Below are positions 38,603 through 51,700 of a DNA stretch of 64,000 nt, piece by piece (within the stretch, counting starts at the first letter, position 1; each line of letters opens with the position of its first letter). A model generated the notes under the pieces. The model was not told where the DNA came from. It ran no database searches and saw only the letters and a list, made by a program, of their open reading frames with translations. The DNA is taken from contig NC_043020.1 in the NCBI RefSeq assembly GCF_006345805.1, positions 6,572,001 to 6,636,000 on the forward strand, read 5' to 3'. Origin of the DNA: Octopus sinensis. Taxonomy: Eukaryota. A program made the translations under genes and the position numbers.

Positions 38603-41600
38603 TATATATATATATACATATACACACACACATATATATATTGTTATCCTGTCATTATTTTTTGTCTCCATGTTATGATTTTGGACAAGTCTGCAATTGA
38701 AGCAGACAATCAAAACAAGGTCAAGATTCTTTAACCTAAGCTGTCCAATAGTGAACGTGACACACAATTTAACCCTTTCATGACCACATTTCCAAAGAAA
38801 TACACAATCCATTACATTCAATTTATTTTACAAATTAATTGAAATAGAATCAGAGCATTTCAACTGATTTCTTGCAACAAAAAGGGTTAAAGTGATCTAA
38901 AAACCTTCCATTGAAACGATGTTAAATTATGTTCCAAACATTGCTGTATTAATCATCATCATCATCATTTAACGTCCGTTTTCCATGCTAGCATGGGTTG
39001 GACGGTTCGACCAGGGTCTGAGAAGCCAGGAGGCTACACTAGGCTTTAGTCTGATCTGGCAGTGTTTCTACAGCTGGATGCCCTTCCTAACGCCAACCAC
39101 TCCGTGAGTGTAGTGGATGCTTTTTACGTTCCACCGGCACAGGGGCCAGAGGAGGCTGGCAAACGGCCACGATCGGTTGGTGCTTTTTACGTGTCACCAA
39201 CACGGACGCCAGTCAGGCAGCACTGGCATCTGCCACATTCGGATGGTGCTTTTTACGCATCACTGGCACAGGTGACAAAGTTATTTTACTTCATTCGTCA
39301 TTGTTTTCAAAATTTATTGAAACAAAGACAGACTATTTCAATACAAATATGGTAACAAAAGGATTAAAGTGATCCAAATTAAAACCTTCATTCAAAATTT
39401 CATGATAATTTATGTTCCAGACACCAGATTAATAATGGCAAAGTTGTTTTACTAAATCTTTCGTTATTTTCAAAATTAATTCAAAAGCAGAGCATTTCAA
39501 CGGAAACATGGCACTAAGCGGGGATTAAAATGGTAGCGTGTGTAATTTGAGGAAAAATTATTTATTAAAAGGTATCAAAAGAGAGATGACAGAGATGATA
39601 AAGACATGGGATGGGATGGGAAGACAAATGCTGAGGATTATCCCTTTTTGATACCAACCCTTTCCCCCCAGGTCTGCCTTTGCTTCTGGGATATAAACTT
39701 CCTATTCTAAAGTGGGTGTAGATTAAAACCTATCCTCTAAATTTTCTTGTTAATCCATCAGCATCATCATCATCATCATTTAATGTCCATTGTCCATGCT
39801 GGCATGGGTTAGACAATCTGACCAGGGCTGGCAAACTGGAAGGCTGCATTAGTCTGGTTAGGCAGTAAGTATTTTATTGCAAAATAAATATTTATTTTGC
39901 AATAAAATACTTACTGCGGAGAGACTTTTTGAACACCCTATATTTATTTCCAAAGACATATTCTGAATAGTGGTAGCATGCCTATACTAACAATTTTCAG
40001 TTTAATATTAATCTCCCAATTAATTAAATTTTCTAAAGTTATATTTTGAGCAGTGGCAACAAGCTAAAATACTTTCTCTCCTAGAATTCAGTAATTTGTG
40101 CCTAGATTATATCATTTGAATAATTCCTTCAGTGCATAAGTGGCATTTTCTATCTGAAATATGATAAGCCATGGCATGGCTTATAACCTTATTTCAATTC
40201 CTCCGTGGTGTTGTTTTGTGCTGGTGGCATGTGAAATATTCGAGCGAGGTCGTTGCCAGTGGCGCTGGACTGGCTCCTGTGCAGGTGGCACGTAAAAAGC
40301 ACCATTTGGGCGTGGCCGTTGCCAGTATCACCAAACTGGCATGTAAAATGCATCCACTACACTCTCAGAGTGGTTGGCATTAGGAAGGGCATCCAGCCGT
40401 AGAAACTCTACCAGATCAAGATTGGAGCCTGGTGCAGCCATCTGGTTCGCCAGACCTCAGTCAAATCGTCCAACCCATGCTAGCATGGAGAGTGGACATT
40501 AAATGATGATGATACTATATACAGTACAGTATGGTTTCTAATTTGTGGATTTTTGCCTATTGCAGGGGTCGTTGGAATGTAACACCTACGATAGTCAAGG
40601 GATTACTGTGCACCCAAACCGTGTTGCATACACCTTACCGATGCCATAGAGAAAGGACTTACCTGGTGAAGTTGAGAAATATTGGCATAACATTATTATA
40701 ATAACAATCCTCGATTTTAGATTGCATAGCCTTCAAGTCGGTAAAATCCCGTCTTTCAGCATGTTTGCTACCCTGTTGGAGGGAGTGAATCAGAAATGAT
40801 ACAATTAGTTAATCAAAACAATTAATACAAATTAAAACAATACAATAAATACATTTCAGAAATATTAAATTTCTAAATCTCTCATAGAGATATGTACAGT
40901 GATGGGGCGATAGAATGGTTGTATACTGTCAATCTAACGTGAACGTGACAGTAGGGGATTACACCACCGCTGTTTAGCCCTAGGAAGCATCGACGCTTCC
41001 TGATGGCTTCGACACATTTTTTTTTCCTGTGTCCTTATATATTTACGAAGGGGAGACAAACACCCCCAGCAGCCAGGCCTGCATCTAGAGACACGCATGT
41101 TTCAGGGTCTTTGTCCATCATCAGTCTAGAGTAGCAGAAGCCTGCCAGCTGACGATATCCGTCTCCACTTCGTAAATATATATATCTAATTTTCAGTGAA
41201 GTTTATTCACTGATCACCAAGACCCTGAAACATGAGTGTCTCTAGATGCAGCCCTTGCTGCTGGGGGTGTTTGTCTCCCCTTCGTAAATATATAAGGACA
41301 CAGGAAAAACTGTGACCCCTCAATGCAGAGAAGTAGCAGCTCAATTTAGAGACACTCCTTGATCCCCAAGTTATGCACCCTGTCGAGTAACGTAACCCCA
41401 GAGATCCTTTGGAAGAACCTCCACTTTAGAATGTAAGTATGTGTGTGTGCATATGTAAACCTATTTAGTAGAATATAAATGTAACAAATGTGGAGTCGTG
41501 TGGCTTAGTGGTTAAGGTGTCAGCACCATGATCGTAAGATTGTGGTTTCGATTCCTGGACCGGGCGACGCATTGTGTTCTTGAGCAAAACACTTCATTTC

Positions 41601-44600
41601 ACATTGCTCCAGTCCACTCACCTGGCAAAAATGAGTAACGCTGCGATAGACTGGTGTCCCGTCCAGCTGGGGAACACATACGCCATAGAAACTGGGAAAC
41701 CGGGCCCATGAGCCTGGCTAGGCTTTAAAAAGGGTGCATTTATTTTTTTTTAATGTAACAAATCTACCTATTTCTCCTTCAAATGAAAAAAAAATTACAA
41801 ACAGCTTTCATCTCTTAGCATTTAAACCAACCATATCCAGCCAAAATATTCTACTTGTTCTATGTTCAAACTAGTCAGATCCAGCCTCTCACACCTACCC
41901 TACAATGTCATTCTAAAAATTAACAGTTACTTCATCAAAATCTCAAAGCTATGAGATAATGCAGGATTAATTCAAAACAATGTGAATAGATAAGGATTAC
42001 ATTTGACAAAGAAATCTGAATGCTAGAGGATCAAACCAGCCATGTCTGGCCTAAACATTGTACCTGGTTTGTGTTCAGATTGGCCAGGTCTGGCCTCTCA
42101 CACCAACCTTACAATGTCATTCTAAAAATTAACAGTTACTTCACCAAAATCTCAAAGCTATGAGATAATGCAGGATTAATTCAAAACCAGCCATGTCTGG
42201 CCCAAACATTGTACCTGGTTTGTGTTCAGACTGGCCAGATCTGGCCTGTCACACCAACCTTACAATATCATTCTAAAAAATTAACAGTTATCTCTTCAAA
42301 ATCTCGAAGGTACAATGTAATGTATGATTAACACGAAACTGAGAATATATAAGCATTATTTCTGACAGAAGAATGTCAGTGCGAAAGGGTTAAATGATTT
42401 TCAAGCATTCATGGAAGTTCATCCCATGCCTACATGAAGATACACACACACACACACAAATAAATCGAATCAAATTCGATGACTGGCACCCGTGCCAGTG
42501 GAATGCTAAGAGCACTCTCCGAGCGTGCTCATTGCCAGAGCTGCTGACTGGCTTCCGTGCCAGTGGCATGTGAAAAAGCATTCGAGTGAGGTCGTTGCCA
42601 GTGCCGCTGGACTGGCTCCTGTGCAGGTGGCACGTGGGTGGCCGTTGCCAGTACTGCCTGACTGGCCCTCGTGCTGGTGGCACATAAAAGCACAAGTACT
42701 GACACAAGTAAAAGAGAGTAAAGAGAGTATTATACTCGAGGATTTACGGTACTAAATGTTATATTTCCATCATAGCCATTTTCCTTCCTCCCACCGATCC
42801 CCACATACACTCTCTCTCACACCACCCCCTCTTCAGCCTGTTCTCTCAGCAACACCCACCACCACCACCATCCTTTCCCTAATAACAGACATATGTCACT
42901 AATATCCTGTCAATGACTCAATTCACCCCGTTTAAAGGGGGCTGGAGGAGGAAGGGCAAAAGCGGGGTGTGGAGGGGTTGACTAGATTTCTATAGGAACC
43001 TCTCCTCACACCACACCCCCCGCCATCCCACCACTTTCACAATTGCATCATAAAGAGAGAAGTGGGGGGGTCTTGGAGGAGTTAGAAGAGGGGGGGGCAT
43101 TAAGACACGATGACGGTGAGGATGAGGGTGGGGTCGAATGCTTGGATGGTATGCTGTGAGGGCTCCCTACCCCTCCCCACCACCACCACCACTACCATTT
43201 TTGTGAGTGTGGATTGGTGAGGGAGCAGCTCTCGGAACCAAACCTTCTGCTTCGTGTTTGTTAAATGCCTGACATCTTGAAGTAATCCAATGTCGGATCA
43301 CTTCACTGTTGATCATGATAATGGTTGTGGTGGTGGTGGTGGTGATGATGATGATGGTGGTGGTGGTGATGGTGATGGTGGTGGTGGTGATGATGGTGGT
43401 GATGGTGGTGATGATGGTGCTGGTGGTGGTGGTGATGATGATGGTGGTGATGATGGTGGTGATGATGATGATGATGATGATGGTGGTGATGATGGTGCTG
43501 GTGGTGGTGGTGATGATGGTGGTGATGATGGTGGTGGTGGTGATGATGGTGGTGGTGATGGTGGTGGTGGTGATGATGATGGTGGTGGTGGTGGTGATGG
43601 TGCTGGTGGTGATGATGGTGGTGATGATGGTGCTGGTGGTGGTTGTGATGGCAACGACGATGGTGCTTCTGGTGGTGGGGGAAATGATGATGGTGCTGGT
43701 GGTGGTGATGATGATGGTGGTGATGGTGGTGATGATGGTGATGGTGATGATGATGATGGTGGTGATGATGGTGGTGGTGATGATGATGGTGGTGGTGATG
43801 ATGGTGGTGGTGATGATGATGGTGGTGGTGGTGATGATGATGGTGTGGTGATGATGATGGTGGTGATGGTGGTGATGATGGTGATGGTGATGATGATGAT
43901 GGTGGTGATGATGGTGGTGGTGATGATGATGGTGGTGGTGATGATGGTGGTGGTGATGATGATGGTGGTGGTGGTGATGATGATGGTGGTGATGATGATG
44001 ATGGTGGTGATGATGATGATGGTGGTGATGGTGCTGGTGGTGGTGATGATGGTGGTGGTGGTGGTGATGATGGTGGTGGTGGTGATGATGATGGTGGTGA
44101 TGATGATGATGGTGGTGATGGTGCTGGTGGTGGTGATGATGGTGGTGGTGATGATGATGGTGGTGGTGATGGTGCTGGTGGTGATGATGATGGTGGTGGT
44201 GGTGATGATGATGGTGGTGATGATGATGATGGTGGTGATGATGATGATGGTGGTGATGAGGATGATGGTGGTGATGGTGCTGGTGGTGGTGATGATGGTG
44301 GTGGTGGTGATGATGATGGTGGTGGTGGTGATGATGATGGTGGTGATGATGATGATGGTGGTGGTGGTGATGATGATGGTGGTGGTGGTGGTGATGATGA
44401 TGGTGGTGGTGGTGGTGATGATGGTGGTGGTGGTGATGATGATGGTGGTGATGATGATGATGGTGGTGATGGTGCTGGTGGTGGTGATGATGATGGTGGT
44501 GGTGGTGGTGATGATGATGGTGGTGGTGGTGATGATGATGGTGGTGGTGGTGATGATGATGGGTGGTGATGATGATGGTGGTGGTGGTGGTGATGATGGT

Positions 44601-45148
44601 GGTGGTGGTGGTGATGATGATGGTGGTGGTGGTGGTGATGATGGTGGTGGTGATGATGGTGGTGGTGGTGGTGATGATGGTGGTGGTGATGATGGTGGTG
44701 GTGGTGGTGATGATGATGGTGGTGGTGGTGATGATGATGGTGGTGATGATGATGATGATGGTGGTGATGATGGTGCTGGTGATGATGATAGTGGTGGGGG
44801 TGGTTGTTATGGTGGTGGTGGTGGTAGCAGTGAGGTTGGTGTTGGTGGTGGTTGTTATGATGGTGGTGGCAGCAGTGGGAGGTCATAAAGTTGATAATGA
44901 CGATCATAGTGATGGTTATGATAGTAGTATATCTTCATCACGATGACAATGATGATGATGATGACAGTCGTTCTTCCTGTTCTTGTTGTTTCACTTGTTG
45001 ATAACTTGAGGCTATTGTCTACAATGATAAAACTACCCCTACCACTATTACTACTACTACCCCTACCACTATTATTACTACTACCACTACTGCTATCATA
45101 TTACTACTGCTACTACAATTATCATTATTTCTATTACTACTACTTCTT

Positions 45149-45181
<33 letters not shown>

Positions 45182-45424
45182 TACCACTATCATGTTATTA
45201 TTACTATTATTACCATCAGTAGGACTACTACTATCATCATTATTATTATTATTATTATTCTTATTATTTATTATTATTATTATCATCATCATCATCATCA
45301 TCATTACTATTTATTATTATTATCTTTATTATTTATTATTATTATTATTATTATTTTTATCATTATTATTATTACAATTATTATTATTATTATTATCATC
45401 ATCATTATCATCATCATTAATATA

Positions 45425-45462
<38 letters not shown>

Positions 45463-46193
45463 CATCACCATCATCATTATGATGATCCTTATCATTTTTA
45501 TAACATCTGCTACTTTCAACATGTCAGACATTCTGTGAACAGTTTCTTTTCCTCCCCCAAAGAATGCAAAACCTCCCTATTTTCAAGCCTGTTCTTGCTG
45601 CTGCTGTTGTTGCAATGCAATTGCATCTTTGTGCAGTTATTGGTTAGCTGGTTTCTTTTGCGACTTATATGGTTTCAGGTTCAATTCCTGCCGTGCGGCA
45701 CCGAAGTAGGCAGATTCTGCTACAGCCTCAGATTAACCAGTACCACATGAGGGAAACTTGGTTGGCAGAATCGTTAGCACGCCGGGCAAAATGCGCACAC
45801 GTATTTCGTCTGTCGTTACTTTGAGAGTTCAAATTCCGCCGAGGTCGACTTTGCCTTTCATCCTTTCGGGGCCGATAAATTAAGTACCAGTTACACACTG
45901 GGGTCGATGTAATCGACTTAATACCTATGTCTGTCCTTGCTTGTCCCTTCTATGTTTAACCCCGTGTGGGTAGTAAAGAAATAGGTATTTCGTCTGCCGT
46001 TACGTTCTGAGTTCAAATTCCGCCGAGGTCACCTTTGCCTTTCATCTTTTCGGAGTCGATAAATTAAGTACCAGTTACGCGCTGGGGTCGATGTAATCGA
46101 CTTAATACCTTTGTCTGTCTTTGTTTGTCCCTTCTATGTTTAGCCCCATGTGGGCAATAAAGAAATAAGAAATTGTATGACAGCTGAGTTTGC

Positions 46194-46226
<33 letters not shown>

Positions 46227-48670
46227 CACACACACACATCTCAGTGCCATGTTAAAGCTCCGGTGCCGCACCATGTAAAAGCACATGTGCAGTGGCACGT
46301 ACGAGTGCCTGTGCGACGCCACGTAAAAGCACACATATGACGTCAAAAGCGCCCAGCACACCCAGTAAAGTGGTTGGCATTAGGAAGGGCATCCAACCAT
46401 AGAAACCATGCCAAAACAGCCTGGAGTCTGGGGCAGCTTGCCAGCTCTGGTCAAACCGTCCAACCCATGCCAGCATGGACAACAGACATTAAATGATAAT
46501 GGCAATGATGTGATTGACCAGACTCTCAGATGTTGTTACACATCTCTGCTCACAATGCGCTTTGCATTGTTTCAGCTTTCAAATAATGCTCCCCCCAACT
46601 GACTTGCTGAGCAGGCCAACATGCCCACTCCACCCCCACCCTCATCAGGAGGCTGGTTTGTTGCGGCGTGACCCATTTACAGCTGAGTGGACTGGGCCAA
46701 CATGAAGTGAGGTGTTTTAGTCAAGAACACCATATGCTGCTCTGACCAGCAGTGAAACCCTCAATTGTCAGATAGTGAGTGCCATACCCAAACCACTAGG
46801 TCATGCACCTTCACAAATATATCATCATCATCATCGTTTAATGTCTGCTTTCCATGCTAGCATGGGTTGGACGATTTGATTGAGGTCTGGCGAACCAGAT
46901 GGCTGCACCAGACTCCTATCTGATCTGACAGAGTTTCTACAGCTGGATGCCCTTCCTAACACCAACCACTCCGAGAGTGTGGTCAATTTAAGATTTTGCT
47001 CGCCTGGCCCCCGTGCCGGTGACACGTAAAAGCACCATCCGTTCGTGGCCGTTTGCCAGCTCTGTCTGGCCCCGTGCCGGTGACACGTAAAAGCACCATC
47101 CGTTTGTGTCCGTTGCCAGCATCGCCTGGCCCCGTGCCGGTGACACGTAAAAGCACCATCCGTTCGTGGCCGTTTGCCAGCTCTGTATGGCCCCCGTGTT
47201 GGTGGCACGTAAAAGCACCATCCGTTTGTGTCCGTTGCCAGCATCGCCTGGCCCCGTGCCGGTGACACGTAAAAGCACCATCCGTTTGTGGCCGTTGCCA
47301 GCATCGCCTGGCCCCGTGCCGGTGACACGTAAAAGCACCATCCGTTTGTGGCCGTTTGCCAACCTCGCCTGGCCCCGTGCTGGTGACACGTAAAAGCACC
47401 ATCCGTTCGTGTCCGTTGCCAGCATCGCCTGGCCCCGTGCCGGTGACACGTAAAAGCACCATCCGTTCGTGTCCGTTGCCAGCATCGCCTGGCCCCGTGC
47501 CGGTGACACGTAAAAGCACCATCCGTTCGTGTCCGTTGCCAGCATCGCCTGGCCCCGTGCCGGTGACACGTAAAAGCACCATCCGTTCGTGTCCGTTGCC
47601 AGCATCGCCTGGCCCCGTGCCGGTGACACGTAAAAGCACCATCCGTTCGTGTCCGTTGCCAGCATCGCCTGGCCCCGTGCCGGTGACACGTAAAAGCACC
47701 ATCCGTTCGTTCGTGTCGTTGCCAGCATCGCTGGCCCCGTGCCGGTGACACGTAAAAGCACCATCCGTTTGTGGCCGTTGCCAGCATTGCCTGGCCCCGT
47801 GCCGGTGACACGTAAAAGCACCATCCGTTCGTGTCCGTTGCCAGCCTCGCCTGGCCCCGTGCCGGTGACACGTAAAAGCACCATCCGTTTGTGTCCGTTG
47901 CCAGCTCTGTCTGGCACCTGTGCGGGTGGCACGTAAAAAGCACCCACTACACTCATGGAGTGGTTGGCGTTAGGAAGGGCATCCAGCCGTAGAAACACTG
48001 CCAGATCTGACTGGGCCTGACGAAGCCTTCCAGCTTCGCAGACCCCAGTTGAACCATCCAACCCATGCTAGCATGGAAAGCGGACGCTAAATGATGATGA
48101 TGATGATGATGAAATCATATTTCTACAATATACAAAACACTAACAATTTTTTTTTTACGCAATCCCTAATAATATTTAATTAGAAAAATAGGGTTTTTTA
48201 AAACATCAAATGGCTACGGGCATCCACCCGAGTAAAGCAGGAATCCAAGGGATCCAGAGATAAAAAAAAATAAAAGTTGAGAACTACAGAATTACATTAA
48301 CACTGTCCAATATAGTGAACGAGTTTAGGGATCAGTTATGGTATTAAGGAGGATTTAAAGGGATTAGATCAAACAAAAATGAAAAATATAAAATACAGTC
48401 AGAGCTCAACAGAAAAGGATTACAAAAGCAGCTTATCTTGTAATCCTTTGTTTCAGTTTTTGGACTGTGGCCATGCTGGGGCACTGCCTTGAAGGGTTTT
48501 AGTGAAAGAAATTGACCTTGGTACTTGTGTTTTAAGCTTTCTACTTATATTGGTGGTCTGATCTCTTTTGCTGAACTACTAAGTTACAGGGGTGCAAACA
48601 AACCAACACCAGTTGTCAGGTGGTAGTGACGGCAAACGTAACAGAAAGCCAGAAAGACACACATATACAT

Positions 48671-48713
<43 letters not shown>

Positions 48714-51700
48714 GTATATATATATATATAAAACTATTATCGTTTAACATCCGCTTTCCATGCTGGCATGGGTTGGACAGTTCGACTGAGATCTGGAAAG
48801 CCAGTGGGCTGCACCATGCTCCAATCTCATCCGACAATGTTTCTATAGCTGGATGCCCTTCCTAACACCAACTACTCTGAGAGTGTAGTGGGTGATTTTT
48901 ACGTGCCACCAGCATGGGAGCCAGTCAGGGGGCACTGGCATCAACCACATTCGGACAGTGCTTTTTACATGCCACCAGCACAGAAGCCAATCAGTTGGCA
49001 CTGGCCACAGCTAGTGCTCCAGCATGGCCGCAGTCAAATGACTGAAACAAGTAAAAGAATATATATCGATTATTATTGCAACTAACGCTGTGGAATTCCT
49101 GAAGTAGATCCAGCAGAAATGTACCCCAACTGTGGATGACAACAGGTAGCCCAAACCATGCCAGTGCTTTACTTAACACATCAGTACACTAACTAAGTCC
49201 ACAAGTCCAAAAAAAACACATATATTTAAATATATCTGTAAAATAATATGTGACAATTATTCAGTAGCCAAGATAAAACTCTGAGTTTCGGATGCCGAGG
49301 TGGAAATCCACACCACCATCTCTTCGGTTATCTGGCCATCTGAAAAACCCTCTATTTACATAATATTGAGGTCTCTTTCTTTCTTAATATTGGCATTAGT
49401 ACATTCTATAGACTATCAGTCATTTCATTAGCCGTACATAGAAAAAATACACATCTGCTGTGTCTGTATTCATGGAGATATTCAGGACTCTGCAAGTGCT
49501 ACAAGTATATCCTTTTCGACTCTAGGCACAAGGTCTGAAATTTTTGGGGAGCATGCCAGTTGATTAGATTGACACCAGGAAGCAACTGGTACTTAATTTA
49601 TCGACCCCAAAAAGATGACCCTGGCAGAATTTGAACTCAGAATGTAAAGACAGATGGAATACTGCTATGCATTTTGCCCAGCGTGCCAACATTTCTGCCA
49701 GCTTGCCGCATTAAATAGCTACCATTATTCTTTTCTTTTCTACTCTAGGCACAAGGCCAGAAATTTTGTGGAGTGGTGAGTGGAGAGGGGGCAGTCGATT
49801 AGATTGACCCCAGTATGCAACTGGTACTTAATTTATCGACCCCAAAAGGATTAAAGGCAGTTGACCTCGGCAGAATTTGAACTCGGAACGTAAAGACAGA
49901 TGAAATACCTATTTCTTTACTACCCACAAGGGGCTAAACACAGAGAGGACACACAAGGACAGACAAAGGGATTAAGTCGATTACATCAACCCCAGTGCGT
50001 AACTGGTACTTAATTTATCAACCCCAAAAGGATGAAAGGCAAAGTCGATCTCGGCGGAATTTGAACTCACAACATAACGGCAGACAAAATACCGCTAAGC
50101 ATTTCGCCGGGCGTGCTAACGTCTCTGCCAGCTTGCCGCCTTAGAGTGCGATAAATATATCAACCAAACCTAGTGAACCTCACCACAGAATCGGTGATTC
50201 CTCACCAAGCAGAGTTGTATCACTAGCCACTCTTAGGTACTGAATTTATTAATGCTTTATTTAATCTGCCGTGTGAACATATGTGCACCAAACCCTGCGT
50301 GAGCGTATACTTATATCAGTGTAAATTAGTATGAATGAGTGTACGTATGCCAGACAACGTAAGTGAGGGCATTTGTACATCCACATCTGCTAACTGTTAT
50401 ATTTAATACTCTTTTCGCTGTGTTGTGTATTTGTTTCTTTTTGCATCTGATATTTGTTATTGATCTTCTATAATAATGAGGCTGAATTCTTTAATTAGCT
50501 GCTTCTGTATACACATACCAAGAAGAAATTTTGCAGAACAGATATTGTTTTAACGAGATAGGCGCAGGAGTGGCTGTGTGGTAAGTAGCTTGCTTACCAA
50601 CCACATGGTTCTGGGTTCAGTCCCACTGTGTGGCACCTTGGGCAAGTGTCTTCTACTATAACCTTGGGCCAACCAAAGCCTTGTGAGTGGATTTGGTAGA
50701 CGGAAACTGAAAGAAGCCCGTCGTATATGTATACGTTTGTGTATTTAGACCTACACGAGCGTCAAATACACGTGCGGTTTAACTGATTGCACTTGTAGTT
50801 ATGCCTCAAATTCCCCGCGAAAAGCATGCTAAGATTCATTGGAAACGTATACTGCACAGAATAAAATATTCACTGCCACATAACTAAATTTATAATTTTA
50901 TAAATGAGGGTGAAAAATTGATATTTATTTAATAATACCATTAATTTAACACCAAGTGGCTTAGCACAAAAAACTAGGGAGATAATACAAATTTATACAT
51001 AAATTATTAGTGAGTTACCACTATGTGGATAGCTCTAGTGCTAAAAATAGCTCCGATAGTATAGCCACAGAAAAGATGTTTCCAATTAGAAATAACATTA
51101 CATTTAACGGAAGGAAAGTGAAATATAACGAATAAATAGATTGACCCTGAACAATTGTTTCATTACTAATGTAATATGTAATTTTACTTACATAGACATC
51201 TATTATCTCCCTAGTTTTTTGTGCTAAGCCACTTGGTGTTAAGTTAATGGTATTATTAAATAAATATCAATTTTTCACCCTCATTTATAAAATTATAAAT
51301 TTAGTTATGCGGCAGTGAATATTTTATTCTGTGCAGTATACGTTTCCAATGAGTCTTAGCATGCTTTTCGCGGGGAATTTGAGGCATAACTACAAGTGCA
51401 ATCAGTTAAACCGCACGTGTATTTGACGCTCGTGTAGGTCTAATTAATTGTATTTAAGACCCTGGTCGAACCGTCCAACCCATGCTAGCATGGAAAACGG
51501 ACGTTAAACAATGATGATGATGATGATGATTATATATATATATATATAGGGCTTCTTTCAGTTTCCATCTTCAAAATTTGCTCACAAGGCATTGGTTGGC
51601 TCTTGGCTATAGTAGAAGGCATTTAACCATGGTGCCATGCAGTGGGACTGAACACAAGACCACACAGTTGCAAAGAAGGCTTCTTAACCACACAGCCATG

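Noticed and set aside
42780-43260. G/C-run-rich region as a promoter or G-quadruplex element
   Set aside because: No supporting evidence beyond base composition.
43290-44946. Poly-G/D, poly-H and poly-V/M ORFs over 500 aa (also 30553-31260 and 62940-63740)
   Set aside because: Pure GAT/GGT microsatellite translation; no splice or homology support.
46831-48061. Repetitive 240-370 aa ORFs
   Set aside because: Translations of the 60-bp minisatellite, whose period is a multiple of 3 and which has no stops.
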